This document shows, one piece after another, positions 56,027 to 64,000 of a stretch of 64,000 nucleotides of DNA. The stretch lies in sequence record LC819007.1; one strand, written 5' to 3'. Below the pieces are notes generated by a model, which was given only the letters and a program-made list of their open reading frames with translations, was not told where the DNA came from and did no database searches. Position 1 is the stretch's first letter; the number at the start of each line of letters is the position of its first letter. The translations under genes and the position numbers were made by a program.

Positions 56027-56440
56027 TCAGGCTTTCTTACCACGGCTACGACAGAATTCACGGAACTCCTGCTGGAAGCGAGGACTCGCGTAACACCAGC
56101 CCCACGGATACGCGGTGTTCACTTCACGCTTGAGAATCTTGGGTGCCTTGAGTTTCTCGAATGCTTGGGCGTCTTCTTCAATGGCTTTGGAGACAGCTGA
56201 CATCGGCGTAGCAACTGCCCGTGCCTGTTGTTGCTTTTCCAGCTGCTCAGCGAAGATCTTGCGGATCGTAAAGACCGTACCGTTCCAGTAAGCGTCACGC
56301 ATGGCCTTACGGATACGTTCCTGTACCGGTTCATCTAACCACATCATCATTTCCGGCGGGAAATACTCAGCGATCATCTTTTCGACCGCTTCGTTAAAGT
56401 CGTGTTCCAGCTTAACTTCGTCTTCGTTCGGCGTACTCAT
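56027..56440 (-). CDS. Hypothetical protein (137 aa)
   Basis: Start MSTPNED with GAGGA upstream. Confidence 0.7.
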   Translation of the reverse strand: MSTPNEDEVKLEHDFNEAVEKMIAEYFPPEMMMWLDEPVQERIRKAMRDAYWNGTVFTIRKIFAEQLEKQQQARAVATPMSAVSKAIEEDAQAFEKLKAPKILKREVNTAYPWGWCYASPRFQQEFREFCRSRGKKA

Positions 56441-56522
56441 TACTGTTTCCTCGGACGGATATAAAGTATCTTGTGTGTCAGGATAACCTGACCGTTTCAA
56501 CCCACATTAGAAGGGTGCGGGA

Positions 56523-56966
56523 ATGGCTATGAGAATTGCCTTTTGGAAAGGCACCGATCCGGGGTTCTCCGGTGTAATCGACCGCGCGGTCCGTTGGTGG
56601 ACGCACGGCATTTATTCGCATTGCGAACTGATCTTCAGCGATGGCTGGACGGGTTCGGCTTCGCAGAGCGACAAGGGCGTCGTATTGCTTCAGCGCCCGA
56701 CCAACTACTACGATCCCAAGGACTGGGACCTGGTGGAGATTGAAGGGGACGAAGACTACGCGCGTGCGTGGTTCAAGAAGTACCGCGGCTCCCCATACGA
56801 TCTGTTGGGTGACTTCGGTTTTGTGTGGCGGCCTTTCGTGGGTCTGGATGGCGCATTCTTCTGTTCGGAGGCAATTGCCAACGCACTGAAGTGGCCCGAC
56901 GCTTGGCAGTACAGTCCTCGTTTGCAGGCGAGCATCGTGGCTATCCCTAAGTATGTTCCTGCCTGA
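56523..56966 (+). CDS. Permuted papain-like (NlpC/P60, YiiX-type) amidase
   Basis: YSHCELIF (His) precedes G.PYD and FFCSE (Cys). Confidence 0.8.
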   Translation: MAMRIAFWKGTDPGFSGVIDRAVRWWTHGIYSHCELIFSDGWTGSASQSDKGVVLLQRPTNYYDPKDWDLVEIEGDEDYARAWFKKYRGSPYDLLGDFGFVWRPFVGLDGAFFCSEAIANALKWPDAWQYSPRLQASIVAIPKYVPA

Positions 56967-57050
56967 TAAAAAAGATGTTGAGAGCCAGGATGGGACGCCA
57001 TCCTGGCTTTTATGCCCGCGATATCTTATGTCATCCTAGGAAATCCCACC

Positions 57051-57752
57051 ATGCTTGAGGCACTTTTAACTGTAAAGAAAGCGGCCGTTGCCCCGGGAGG
57101 GTGGCCGCAAGAACAGCCGCTTCTCGGCTTTAACTACGACCGCAATGCCAGCACCGGTACGACCGCAATCACTTCTTCTCATAGTGCTGGCCAGTTGATT
57201 GTCCCTGGTGTAGCACTGCCAGGTTACACCAAGGTGCTAAACGGTAACCAGCAATCTAACTCGTTCTCTCCGTCTGCAGCAATGGGCGTGGCGGCGGGTG
57301 ACTTCACGATGGAAATGCGCGTGTTGCTGAAAGGCACCTCAGGCTACGTGCATTTGTGGTGGAGTACGAGTAGCTTGTCTACTGGGATTCGTTGTGAGGA
57401 CTCGGGCTATGGCGATCGACTCGTGCTATTTGTCGATGCGAATACCCACGTCTTTAATACCACGAAGACCAAGTCCGACATGCAGGTGTGGCGACATATC
57501 GTCATGCAGCGTAAGAACGGCAACCTCCAGTTCTTCTGGGACGGCGTGCGTTCCGGTATTGCTGCGGATCGTGGTGCTACGTACACTACCGCAGATCTTC
57601 CGGCATCAGGCAGCTTGGCTAGCTTTACAGGTTCTGGTATCGGTTATGCTGGATACGGTGCTGGTTACTGCTGCGCCGAGTGGGCATTCTACAATCGCGC
57701 CAAATATACAACGGGTGACTTCACGCCGCCGTCGGGTGCTATTGCTCCCTGA
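57051..57752 (+). CDS. LamG-like virion protein (233 aa), MLEALL N-terminus
   Basis: DFTMEM, WRHIVMQR, AKYTTGDFTPPSG motifs. Confidence 0.75.
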   Translation: MLEALLTVKKAAVAPGGWPQEQPLLGFNYDRNASTGTTAITSSHSAGQLIVPGVALPGYTKVLNGNQQSNSFSPSAAMGVAAGDFTMEMRVLLKGTSGYVHLWWSTSSLSTGIRCEDSGYGDRLVLFVDANTHVFNTTKTKSDMQVWRHIVMQRKNGNLQFFWDGVRSGIAADRGATYTTADLPASGSLASFTGSGIGYAGYGAGYCCAEWAFYNRAKYTTGDFTPPSGAIAP

Positions 57753-57813
57753 AACAAAAAAAGAAAGACAGTCACGAGAGAGTACCCCGTGAGGGGTACT
57801 CTCTCTATGCCGC

Positions 57814-58329
57814 TTACTCCTTGAACTGCATCACAACGCAGGTGTTGCCATCTTGCAGGAACATGCCAATGGTCGGTTCACCCAGCTCGGCTTCCTTCGT
57901 GGCGCTGATAATCAACGGCACGTTACCGGTCGCTTCCTTGAAGGACTGCAGGATCGTTTGCAGTGCCGGCAGATATTTCATGCCAAGACCGCTTTCCTGC
58001 AACGCCACTTCCAGCTCAGTATTGAGATGCGCATGCGGCTCGGACGAGAGCATGTGATCAAGAGCACGTGACACCGGCATTTGGCGGCCGTCTGTGAAGC
58101 TCACTTGCGTCGCGCGGATGCGGAAGCTGACTTCTTCGTAGTCGCCATCGCCGTCGCGCTGCATGCCGTAGTCAGCGACGACCAGCTTCATGCGGCGCGT
58201 GTTGAGCAGCTCGCCTTCGGTCGCGCTGTCTTCGTGTTCTTGCTTGGCCGCGAAATTGTAGCGCGTGAGCACCGATGCTTCGCAACCGAGGATAGCTGCC
58301 AGGAGGTTCAGCGATTTTGCGTATTCCAT
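57814..58329 (-). CDS. Hypothetical protein (171 aa)
   Basis: ORF track. Confidence 0.75.
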   Translation of the reverse strand: MEYAKSLNLLAAILGCEASVLTRYNFAAKQEHEDSATEGELLNTRRMKLVVADYGMQRDGDGDYEEVSFRIRATQVSFTDGRQMPVSRALDHMLSSEPHAHLNTELEVALQESGLGMKYLPALQTILQSFKEATGNVPLIISATKEAELGEPTIGMFLQDGNTCVVMQFKE

Positions 58330-58423
58330 GATTCTCGTTTCCTTTATTTAGGATTTGTGGTTTGGTACTTCGAAAGAACTGGCGGGTCGCACCCGCCAGG
58401 TTACTGCTTACTACTACTACTAC

Positions 58424-58972
58424 TTACGCGACAGCCATCAGTTCGTCGATGTGCTGTTCGAAGAAGCCGATGTACGCGCTGCCGTTCAGAATGCCTTCGA
58501 GCAATTCTTCCGACACGTCGTCTTCCGTCTCAAGCGCGGTGACAGCGATCATGTCACCTTCTTCGGTGATCAACACCATCGACAGGTACTTGCCGTTGAT
58601 GCGATCCGTCGGGCAGTTCATCGTCATGAAGAAACGACGTTGCACTTGCGGGAAAGCTTCAGCGATTGCGACAGCCCAGTCGTGGTCCAGGATGCCCAGA
58701 TCGCTTTCTTCGCTCTGAGCCAACTCCATGCAGGAGAGCTTGCCCAGCATTTTCATACCGCCCTTGAGTGCGTCAATAGCGGCGTCACCCATACCCAGGC
58801 CGCCGAGCGTTTCGCCACCGAACGTGGTGTGGTTCAGGATCAGCTTGTTGTCGGCTGCACGATAGCTTGTGATCGTAGCGGCAACGTTCTCATCCGGACC
58901 GTCAACCTTGCGCAGGCTCAGGCCGAGTGCGTTGACGAGGGAGACGAGAACTTGGCTGGTGTTTGCGATCAT
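58424..58972 (-). CDS. Hypothetical protein (182 aa)
   Basis: ORF track; early motif upstream at 59034. Confidence 0.75.
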   Translation of the reverse strand: MIANTSQVLVSLVNALGLSLRKVDGPDENVAATITSYRAADNKLILNHTTFGGETLGGLGMGDAAIDALKGGMKMLGKLSCMELAQSEESDLGILDHDWAVAIAEAFPQVQRRFFMTMNCPTDRINGKYLSMVLITEEGDMIAVTALETEDDVSEELLEGILNGSAYIGFFEQHIDELMAVA

Positions 58973-59133
58973 GATTTATTTCCTGATTTAGAGTTAGGTT
59001 ATTGAGCCACTTGGTTTGCATAGCTCATGTTTAGTATATGTGGTTGAAAATTATTCCATTTCAATTGAACGCAACAAAAGAAAAAAGAACGGCATAAAAG
59101 CGGAGAGGGCAATCGCCCTCTCCGTATGCCGTT

Positions 59134-59547
59134 TTAGTCCTGACCCAGACCAGGGAAGAGGTAGACGCCGTGCAGTCCTATGATCTCGGCTTCGAACTGC
59201 ATCGTCCGTAGCTTGCCGTGGATAGGCACGTTTTCATCCAGCATCTGCTGAAACCACTTACCCTTCGGCGTATCCAGCACCTTGAACGTCACGTAAGCCG
59301 AGACAGGGTCTTCGTACGCGTCATCGATAACCGTGATCTTAGTGATACGACCAGCCACGTCATCGACCGAGTTACTTACGAACATCGCTGGGAACTGGCC
59401 ACCGTGCTCGTACACATAGGCGCGTCCCTGTTTGATCAGGTTCTCGAAATGGAACACCGCGACCTTATCAAGGCGCGCGCCATTGGGCTTTTTCTTGAAG
59501 ACGACAGCATTGTAGGTGCCGTCTTCCAGTCGGGTTATAACGCTCAT
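59134..59547 (-). CDS. Hypothetical protein (137 aa)
   Basis: Start MSVITRL with AAGGA. Confidence 0.7.
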   Translation of the reverse strand: MSVITRLEDGTYNAVVFKKKPNGARLDKVAVFHFENLIKQGRAYVYEHGGQFPAMFVSNSVDDVAGRITKITVIDDAYEDPVSAYVTFKVLDTPKGKWFQQMLDENVPIHGKLRTMQFEAEIIGLHGVYLFPGLGQD

Positions 59548-59554
59548 GATTCCT

Positions 59555-60091
59555 TTAGATAAAAGGGGGTTTCCAGGCTTTACCAGAGAGAATGCCGACC
59601 ATGATGTCGTCCGTGACTTCACCCGCATACTCCATCTCCGAGATCGAGATGAAGTCGCTTGAAGCCGTCACCACACACATGGCTTGGATATTGGCCTTGA
59701 AGGGTTGGAAGATATCGCGGAAGGTGAAGTACACTTGGTCGATATGGTTCGGGCACGCAGCGAGCGTCTTCTTAGCCCAATCGCGTTGGGCAATCCCCAG
59801 GGTTTTATCGTCACGTTCGTAAAGCACATCCATCTGCTGCACGCTGCGCATGAACGCCATCCCTTCTCGCCAGGCATACAACACACCTGCTGCGTCTTCG
59901 AGACGGGGGTAGTGCGTGACATTCATCGTCATGCGTCGGTCTTCACCCAGCCAGAGCGTGGTGTCCGTACCGACGTAAGTCGTCACGTGCTCGGGCGGGA
60001 CATAACCGATCTCGTGTTTGATGGGGTCGTAATAAAACTGCTTCATTTTGAACTGCTCGATGAGACTCAGCGCTTCCTGGTTCATGCCCAT
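59555..60091 (-). CDS. Hypothetical protein (178 aa)
   Basis: Start MGMNQEA with GAGG. Confidence 0.7.
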   Translation of the reverse strand: MGMNQEALSLIEQFKMKQFYYDPIKHEIGYVPPEHVTTYVGTDTTLWLGEDRRMTMNVTHYPRLEDAAGVLYAWREGMAFMRSVQQMDVLYERDDKTLGIAQRDWAKKTLAACPNHIDQVYFTFRDIFQPFKANIQAMCVVTASSDFISISEMEYAGEVTDDIMVGILSGKAWKPPFI

Positions 60092-60095
60092 ACCC

Positions 60096-60614
60096 TCACG
60101 ATTTGTGAACGAACTTGGTGCGATAGAACGTCTTGGTGTAGCCCTTGTCTTTGGCGTAGTCGACCCAGTCACTGGCGAACAGGATGAACGGATCGTACAT
60201 GCCGCTGACTTCGTGATCTTCCACGAACTTGCAGGCTTCGGCAATGGTCTTGCAGTCACGCAGTAGCCGGTTGTAGGCATACTGGATTTCGCGGTTGGCG
60301 TTGAGCAGCTGGAACTTCTGCGTACTCACCGGCGTGAAGGTGATGACGTTGTCTTCCGTCTCGGCGAACATCACCATCACTTCCCCTGCGTTGCTCACGT
60401 GCACGAAGAAGCAGGCGATAGAGTCCTTCGGCAGCTTGTCCTTCATGCCGTTACGCACCCAGCGGATGAACTGGTTGCCTGAGAGCGTAATCGGCACGAA
60501 CAGCCCGTACTCGGTGCCGTACGCTTCAAACGGATCGATGTGGACTGCGCCGGCGTCACAGACTTCCACCGTGCGGAAAGCGACTGCGTCCTTATTGAAA
60601 ACGATATTAACCAT
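60096..60614 (-). CDS. Hypothetical protein (172 aa)
   Basis: Start MVNIVF overlapping upstream stop. Confidence 0.7.
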   Translation of the reverse strand: MVNIVFNKDAVAFRTVEVCDAGAVHIDPFEAYGTEYGLFVPITLSGNQFIRWVRNGMKDKLPKDSIACFFVHVSNAGEVMVMFAETEDNVITFTPVSTQKFQLLNANREIQYAYNRLLRDCKTIAEACKFVEDHEVSGMYDPFILFASDWVDYAKDKGYTKTFYRTKFVHKS

Positions 60615-61524
60615 TCTGCGCTTCCTCCGCCTTTTGTTCTTCTTCACTCACCAGCTTGTAGCCCGTGATCTCTTGTGCAGCCTTGAACCACTTGGTCGTG
60701 CGCTGTTCCTCTTTGTCGAAGGAGAACTGAGGATCGTTGCTGAAATGCATCATGCCGTCCTTGATCTCGCCGAACGAGAAGAACATAGCGATCAGCTCGG
60801 TGAGCATTTCATTCGACCGCTTGAAGTCTGACTCTTCGATGCGCTTGGCTTTCAGACTGGCCTTCATCGCACTATCGGTGTGGTCGTAGATGGCGAAGAG
60901 GAAGTCGTTACCAGCCACTGGCGGAAACAGATCGAGCACTTCTTTCTTGACATCGAAGGTCTCGAAGCCAGGACCCGTCGGAATACCGCAGTCGCGTAGC
61001 GAAGCGTAGATGTCGTCAAACGCCAGGCCATGGTCCAGCAAGATCGTGGCCGTCTTCTTGCCAGCACCGATCACAGCCGTCTCTTGGTTGTCGTAGGTGA
61101 AGAAGTCGCCGCGGTAGCACACGAACGTATTCTCCAGACCCATCGCCATCAACTGCTGGTCTTGATCGTCCGTCTCGCGAGCGAGATACTGGCCAAGCAG
61201 ATCACGCAAACGCCTGCAGCGCTCGCGGAACTTGAAGAAGCCGTCCAGTTCGAGGACAGCGATCTTGTAGAATTCGGTGTCGAGTATCCGCTGCTCCGTG
61301 AAATAGGAGAGCGCGATAATCGAGGCGAGGATTTCCTGGTGCTCCTTCTTGGCAGCGCGTGACTTACGATCGGAGAACTCGAAGCCCGAAGTGCCATAGA
61401 CACAGTACGGGGTGACTGCGATCTTGCTTTCGTCGCGAATGCCGATCATGCCGGTGCCGTGGCCGTTCACGACTTTACGGCGATCCGCTCTTAACTGTCC
61501 TTTGTGTGCAATGATGGTCGTCAT
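60607..61524 (-). CDS. Putative Ntn-hydrolase / HslV-proteasome-like protein (305 aa)
   Basis: MTTIIAHKGQLRADRR N-terminus, SKI..T, GTSG, IGAG motifs. Confidence 0.5.
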   Translation of the reverse strand: MTTIIAHKGQLRADRRKVVNGHGTGMIGIRDESKIAVTPYCVYGTSGFEFSDRKSRAAKKEHQEILASIIALSYFTEQRILDTEFYKIAVLELDGFFKFRERCRRLRDLLGQYLARETDDQDQQLMAMGLENTFVCYRGDFFTYDNQETAVIGAGKKTATILLDHGLAFDDIYASLRDCGIPTGPGFETFDVKKEVLDLFPPVAGNDFLFAIYDHTDSAMKASLKAKRIEESDFKRSNEMLTELIAMFFSFGEIKDGMMHFSNDPQFSFDKEEQRTTKWFKAAQEITGYKLVSEEEQKAEEAQNG

Positions 61525-61611
61525 GTTTTTTATCGTACGAAAAAGAAATTACGGCATAGAACCCCAGAGAGCCGAAGCCCTCTGGGGAACTGTTACTTCA
61601 GCGACGTGTTC

Positions 61612-61908
61612 TTAGAACACTTCCTTCTGCTTCCACTCGCTGCAGCCCTGGCGTGCGACCGGAGCAGCTTGCTTTTCGGCGGCCTTCGTGGCGGCCGGCT
61701 GTTCAGCAGCGAGCACTTGCGTGTACGATTCTTCGCCGGTGATCGTGAGATCGTAGACGCCCGGAGCAACCGTGTCCTGGTCAGCCGGCAGCGCCAGCTT
61801 CAGGTTCGTGGTGCCGTCGGAGAAAGTGGCGTTCTTTTCCTTGTAGGTTGCGGTGATCTTCGAACCAACGCCGAAAACTGCGGCCAACTTCTTTGCGAGT
61901 GCGGACAT
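61612..61908 (-). CDS. Hypothetical protein (98 aa)
   Basis: ORF track; strong codon bias. Confidence 0.75.
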   Translation of the reverse strand: MSALAKKLAAVFGVGSKITATYKEKNATFSDGTTNLKLALPADQDTVAPGVYDLTITGEESYTQVLAAEQPAATKAAEKQAAPVARQGCSEWKQKEVF

Positions 61909-61992
61909 GTTACTTCTTCCTTCTGGATGGTTGAGTAAGAGAAACAGGAGGACCGAGCAGTGCTCATGGAATGGTACAGCGAGGTAAATTTG

Positions 61993-62181
61993 CTACTGAG
62001 TGCGCGTGGGCGGAATCGGTTCGCTCGGCGGCGTATCGAGTTCCTTGACCATGGCAGACATATCGTTGCGCAGCTTGATGATGCGATCACGCAATTCGCC
62101 CTTATACATGTCTTTGTAGATCGGGCTTTCGAGATACTCGTTGATGTCGCACACCGCGTCGCTCAAAACGTCAGAGATCAT
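61993..62181 (-). CDS. Hypothetical protein (62 aa)
   Basis: GGAG SD; early motif at 62198. Confidence 0.7.
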   Translation of the reverse strand: MISDVLSDAVCDINEYLESPIYKDMYKGELRDRIIKLRNDMSAMVKELDTPPSEPIPPTRTQ

Positions 62182-62197
62182 ACGCTACTCCAAGTTA

Positions 62198-62208
62198 GTG
62201 ATATGTGG
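62198..62208 (-). promoter_or_regulatory. Putative early promoter element (CCACATATCAC)
   Basis: Recurring intergenic motif. Confidence 0.5.
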
Positions 62209-62215
62209 TCAAAGC

Positions 62216-62932
62216 TCAGTTCGATCGAACTTCCAGTCGGTGCCGCTTGATGGCTACAGCGTTCAATGACTTGACCAGCGCAGAGCCAGAACTCTTATCG
62301 CGGGCCAGATTGTCTTTCAGATCCGGTCGCACGAGGACGTCGAAGTGCTCCAGTGCCCGAGCGCGCACTGACGCCACATACGCCTCGACGTCCTCACGGA
62401 CCCCAGGACGGCCTCCGCCTAGCAAGTCATCGTTGGATACCAACGACTCCACGCGAACCAGCAGGCGACGCCATACGTCAGGCTGAGACACACCCTGAGC
62501 GACAGAAATGAAGTACGAGAGCCCCGTGAGCTTGTGCTTGTACTCGAACACGTTGCTCTCGACACTACAGACCCGGAAACCCTTCTTCTTTACCTTGAGT
62601 TCTGTGTAACCCGCAGCAGTGAACAGTGAGGCCATCGGCTCCGAGATATAGAACACCGGAATCCAGTAGCACTTCTCCACCTCAGCTGCAGCGTCCTTCA
62701 GGATCTGTGCCACCGTACACTTGCGGGTGCCATTCTTGCCACCGCCGAAGAAGTAAAGAAAGTTACGCCAGTAGCCGTGCGCATCGGTCGAGTGTTTCTT
62801 CACAAAGCGTTTGAGCTTGGTGTCAAGAAACACGACCCAGCCTTCTACCGCATTGGTGCGGTTAAACTCTGTACCCGTCTTCCCTGCGAAGAATAACGCC
62901 ATACGACGTTCCAGCTCTGTTTCAATTTTCAT
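62216..62932 (-). CDS. Hypothetical protein (238 aa)
   Basis: ORF track. Confidence 0.75.
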   Translation of the reverse strand: MKIETELERRMALFFAGKTGTEFNRTNAVEGWVVFLDTKLKRFVKKHSTDAHGYWRNFLYFFGGGKNGTRKCTVAQILKDAAAEVEKCYWIPVFYISEPMASLFTAAGYTELKVKKKGFRVCSVESNVFEYKHKLTGLSYFISVAQGVSQPDVWRRLLVRVESLVSNDDLLGGGRPGVREDVEAYVASVRARALEHFDVLVRPDLKDNLARDKSSGSALVKSLNAVAIKRHRLEVRSN

Positions 62933-62977
62933 GTCGGTAGTCTCTTCCTTTCGTTATAGCGCTGTGGTGAAACGCCA

Positions 62978-63628
62978 TCATTGCGGTTTGTTTCGATAAG
63001 GCGGTAGCTTCAACGCCTCTTCGAAAGATAGACCTCGCTGTAATCTTTGGTAGATGGTGAAGTAACTGAGATTTAGCTCTCGACACCATTCCGTAAGAGT
63101 TTGTGTTTTGCCGTTGTAAAGAATTCGAACATTGTTGCGGCGATTGTTTTGCTGCTGTATTTGAGTAGCCCAACGGCAATTCTCTTTCGAGTAACCGAGG
63201 TCATTCTTTTCACGATCAATGGAGTGCTGGGGAGATGGTCTAGGTCCCATATCTCGATAAAAAGCTTCGAAGCTCTCACGCCATTCATCTGACATCGTGA
63301 TTCCGCGACCACCATAGTCTTTGTAGTAGCCGTCGTTCGGATTGTAACAGCGTCTCTTAATTCCATCCCAGGCATGGAATTCTGCAGAATTAGTAAGACC
63401 ATGTGTCGTCATTCTTGCTTTGACGACTTCTTTGCGAAGACAACCACAGCTCTTAGTATCGCCTCTGCGTAGACTAGCAGCCATAACTTGAACAATGTTC
63501 TTCTCTTCTTCCTTGCAGTTGCATTCACAAATCCAAATTTGGCTAAAACGCCCGTGCCTTTCGAAAAGAGGTTCGATAACCGTCAGTCTTCCAAACACTT
63601 GTCCGGTAAGGTTATGTTGCTTAGTCAT
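62978..63628 (-). mobile_element. Free-standing HNH-family homing endonuclease (216 aa)
   Basis: NLTG..FGRLTV, KSCGC, YGGRGI, HSIDR..N..GYSKENCRWAT; visibly AT-richer than flanks. Confidence 0.88.
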
Positions 63629-63649
63629 TGCAGTAATTTAATTTAAAAA

Positions 63650-63700
63650 GGCATAAAAGGGGGATGAGCTTTCGCCCATCCCCGTTCAGCCGTTTATGCC
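63650..63700. terminator. Hairpin flanked by GGCATAA and TTTATGCCG
   Basis: GGGGATG/CATCCCC stem with the recurrent tail motif on both strands. Confidence 0.65.
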
Positions 63701-63702
63701 GC

Positions 63703-64000
63703 TTAGCGTTCGAGCACGTCGATGCTGTCCGCGTCGTCGTCTTCGTCTTCGCTCGTGTCGGGGAACTCGTCGTCACCCGGCACGTCCACACCAGCGAGCG
63801 CCGGTGCTTCTTCGAAGGTGCTGACATCGATCATGACTTCCGACTGGAAAATCGCCGGGTTGATCGTGCGCATTGCTTCGACCACTTCTTCCTCGCGATC
63901 CAGGTGCGTCGGATGCGAGTTGTTGGTGACGTCATCGAAACCATGCGTATTGAAAGTTGCTGCCACCAGCCGCGCTGCGAGATCGCCGTCCGATTGATCG
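63703..64000 (-). CDS. Acidic hypothetical protein, 5'-truncated by window edge
   Basis: Frame of the 63703..63966 ORF stays open to base 64000. Confidence 0.7.
   Translation of the reverse strand, partial: DQSDGDLAARLVAATFNTHGFDDVTNNSHPTHLDREEEVVEAMRTINPAIFQSEVMIDVSTFEEAPALAGVDVPGDDEFPDTSEDEDDDADSIDVLER

Noticed and set aside
58408-58423. (ACT)n short tandem repeat
   Set aside because: Only about four units next to a stop codon and terminator; no evidence of function.
1-64000. CRISPR array, rRNA genes, stop-codon reassignment
   Set aside because: No regularly spaced direct repeats with unique spacers; no rRNA beyond the 14-nt anti-SD match; known enzymes are intact under code 11 and no suppressor tRNA was found.

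Overview
A 64 kb segment of a large lytic bacteriophage. It is most likely a phiKZ-like (Chimalliviridae-type) jumbo phage; this is inferred from gene content and promoter/terminator motifs, as no hallmark nucleus-shell or RNAP gene is in the window. Almost all genes are on the minus strand. Layout: (1) 1-8.3 kb, small early hypotheticals, dcd, and a non-coding-RNA island at 2.4-5.1 kb. The island holds a ~750-nt ORF-less hairpin-rich RNA, two ~250-300-nt structured RNA candidates, four normal tRNAs (Tyr, Asn, Asp, Gln) and a tRNA-like gene with a 35-nt hairpin inserted in its anticodon loop. (2) 8.4-34.5 kb, a virion adhesin/tail-fibre cluster with glycine-rich, LamG, FN3 and discoidin proteins, two collagen-like fibres with foldon-like repeats, and chaperones. 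(3) 34.6-64 kb, nrdB/nrdA, an HNH endonuclease fused in frame to NAD-dependent ligase, an adjacent catalytically altered ligase paralog, an SLT, a DHH phosphoesterase, an SF2 helicase, a permuted papain-like amidase, an HslV-like protein and a second HNH. The most unusual observations are the ncRNA island and interrupted tRNA, a tail-fibre module embedded in the NrdA C-terminal tail, the HNH-LigA fusion next to a pseudo-ligase, a 14-nt perfect complement of the 16S anti-SD with no start codon behind it, and a shared MLE(A/L/F)(L/M/I) N-terminus on six adhesin genes. All family assignments come from visual motif recognition, not database searches.
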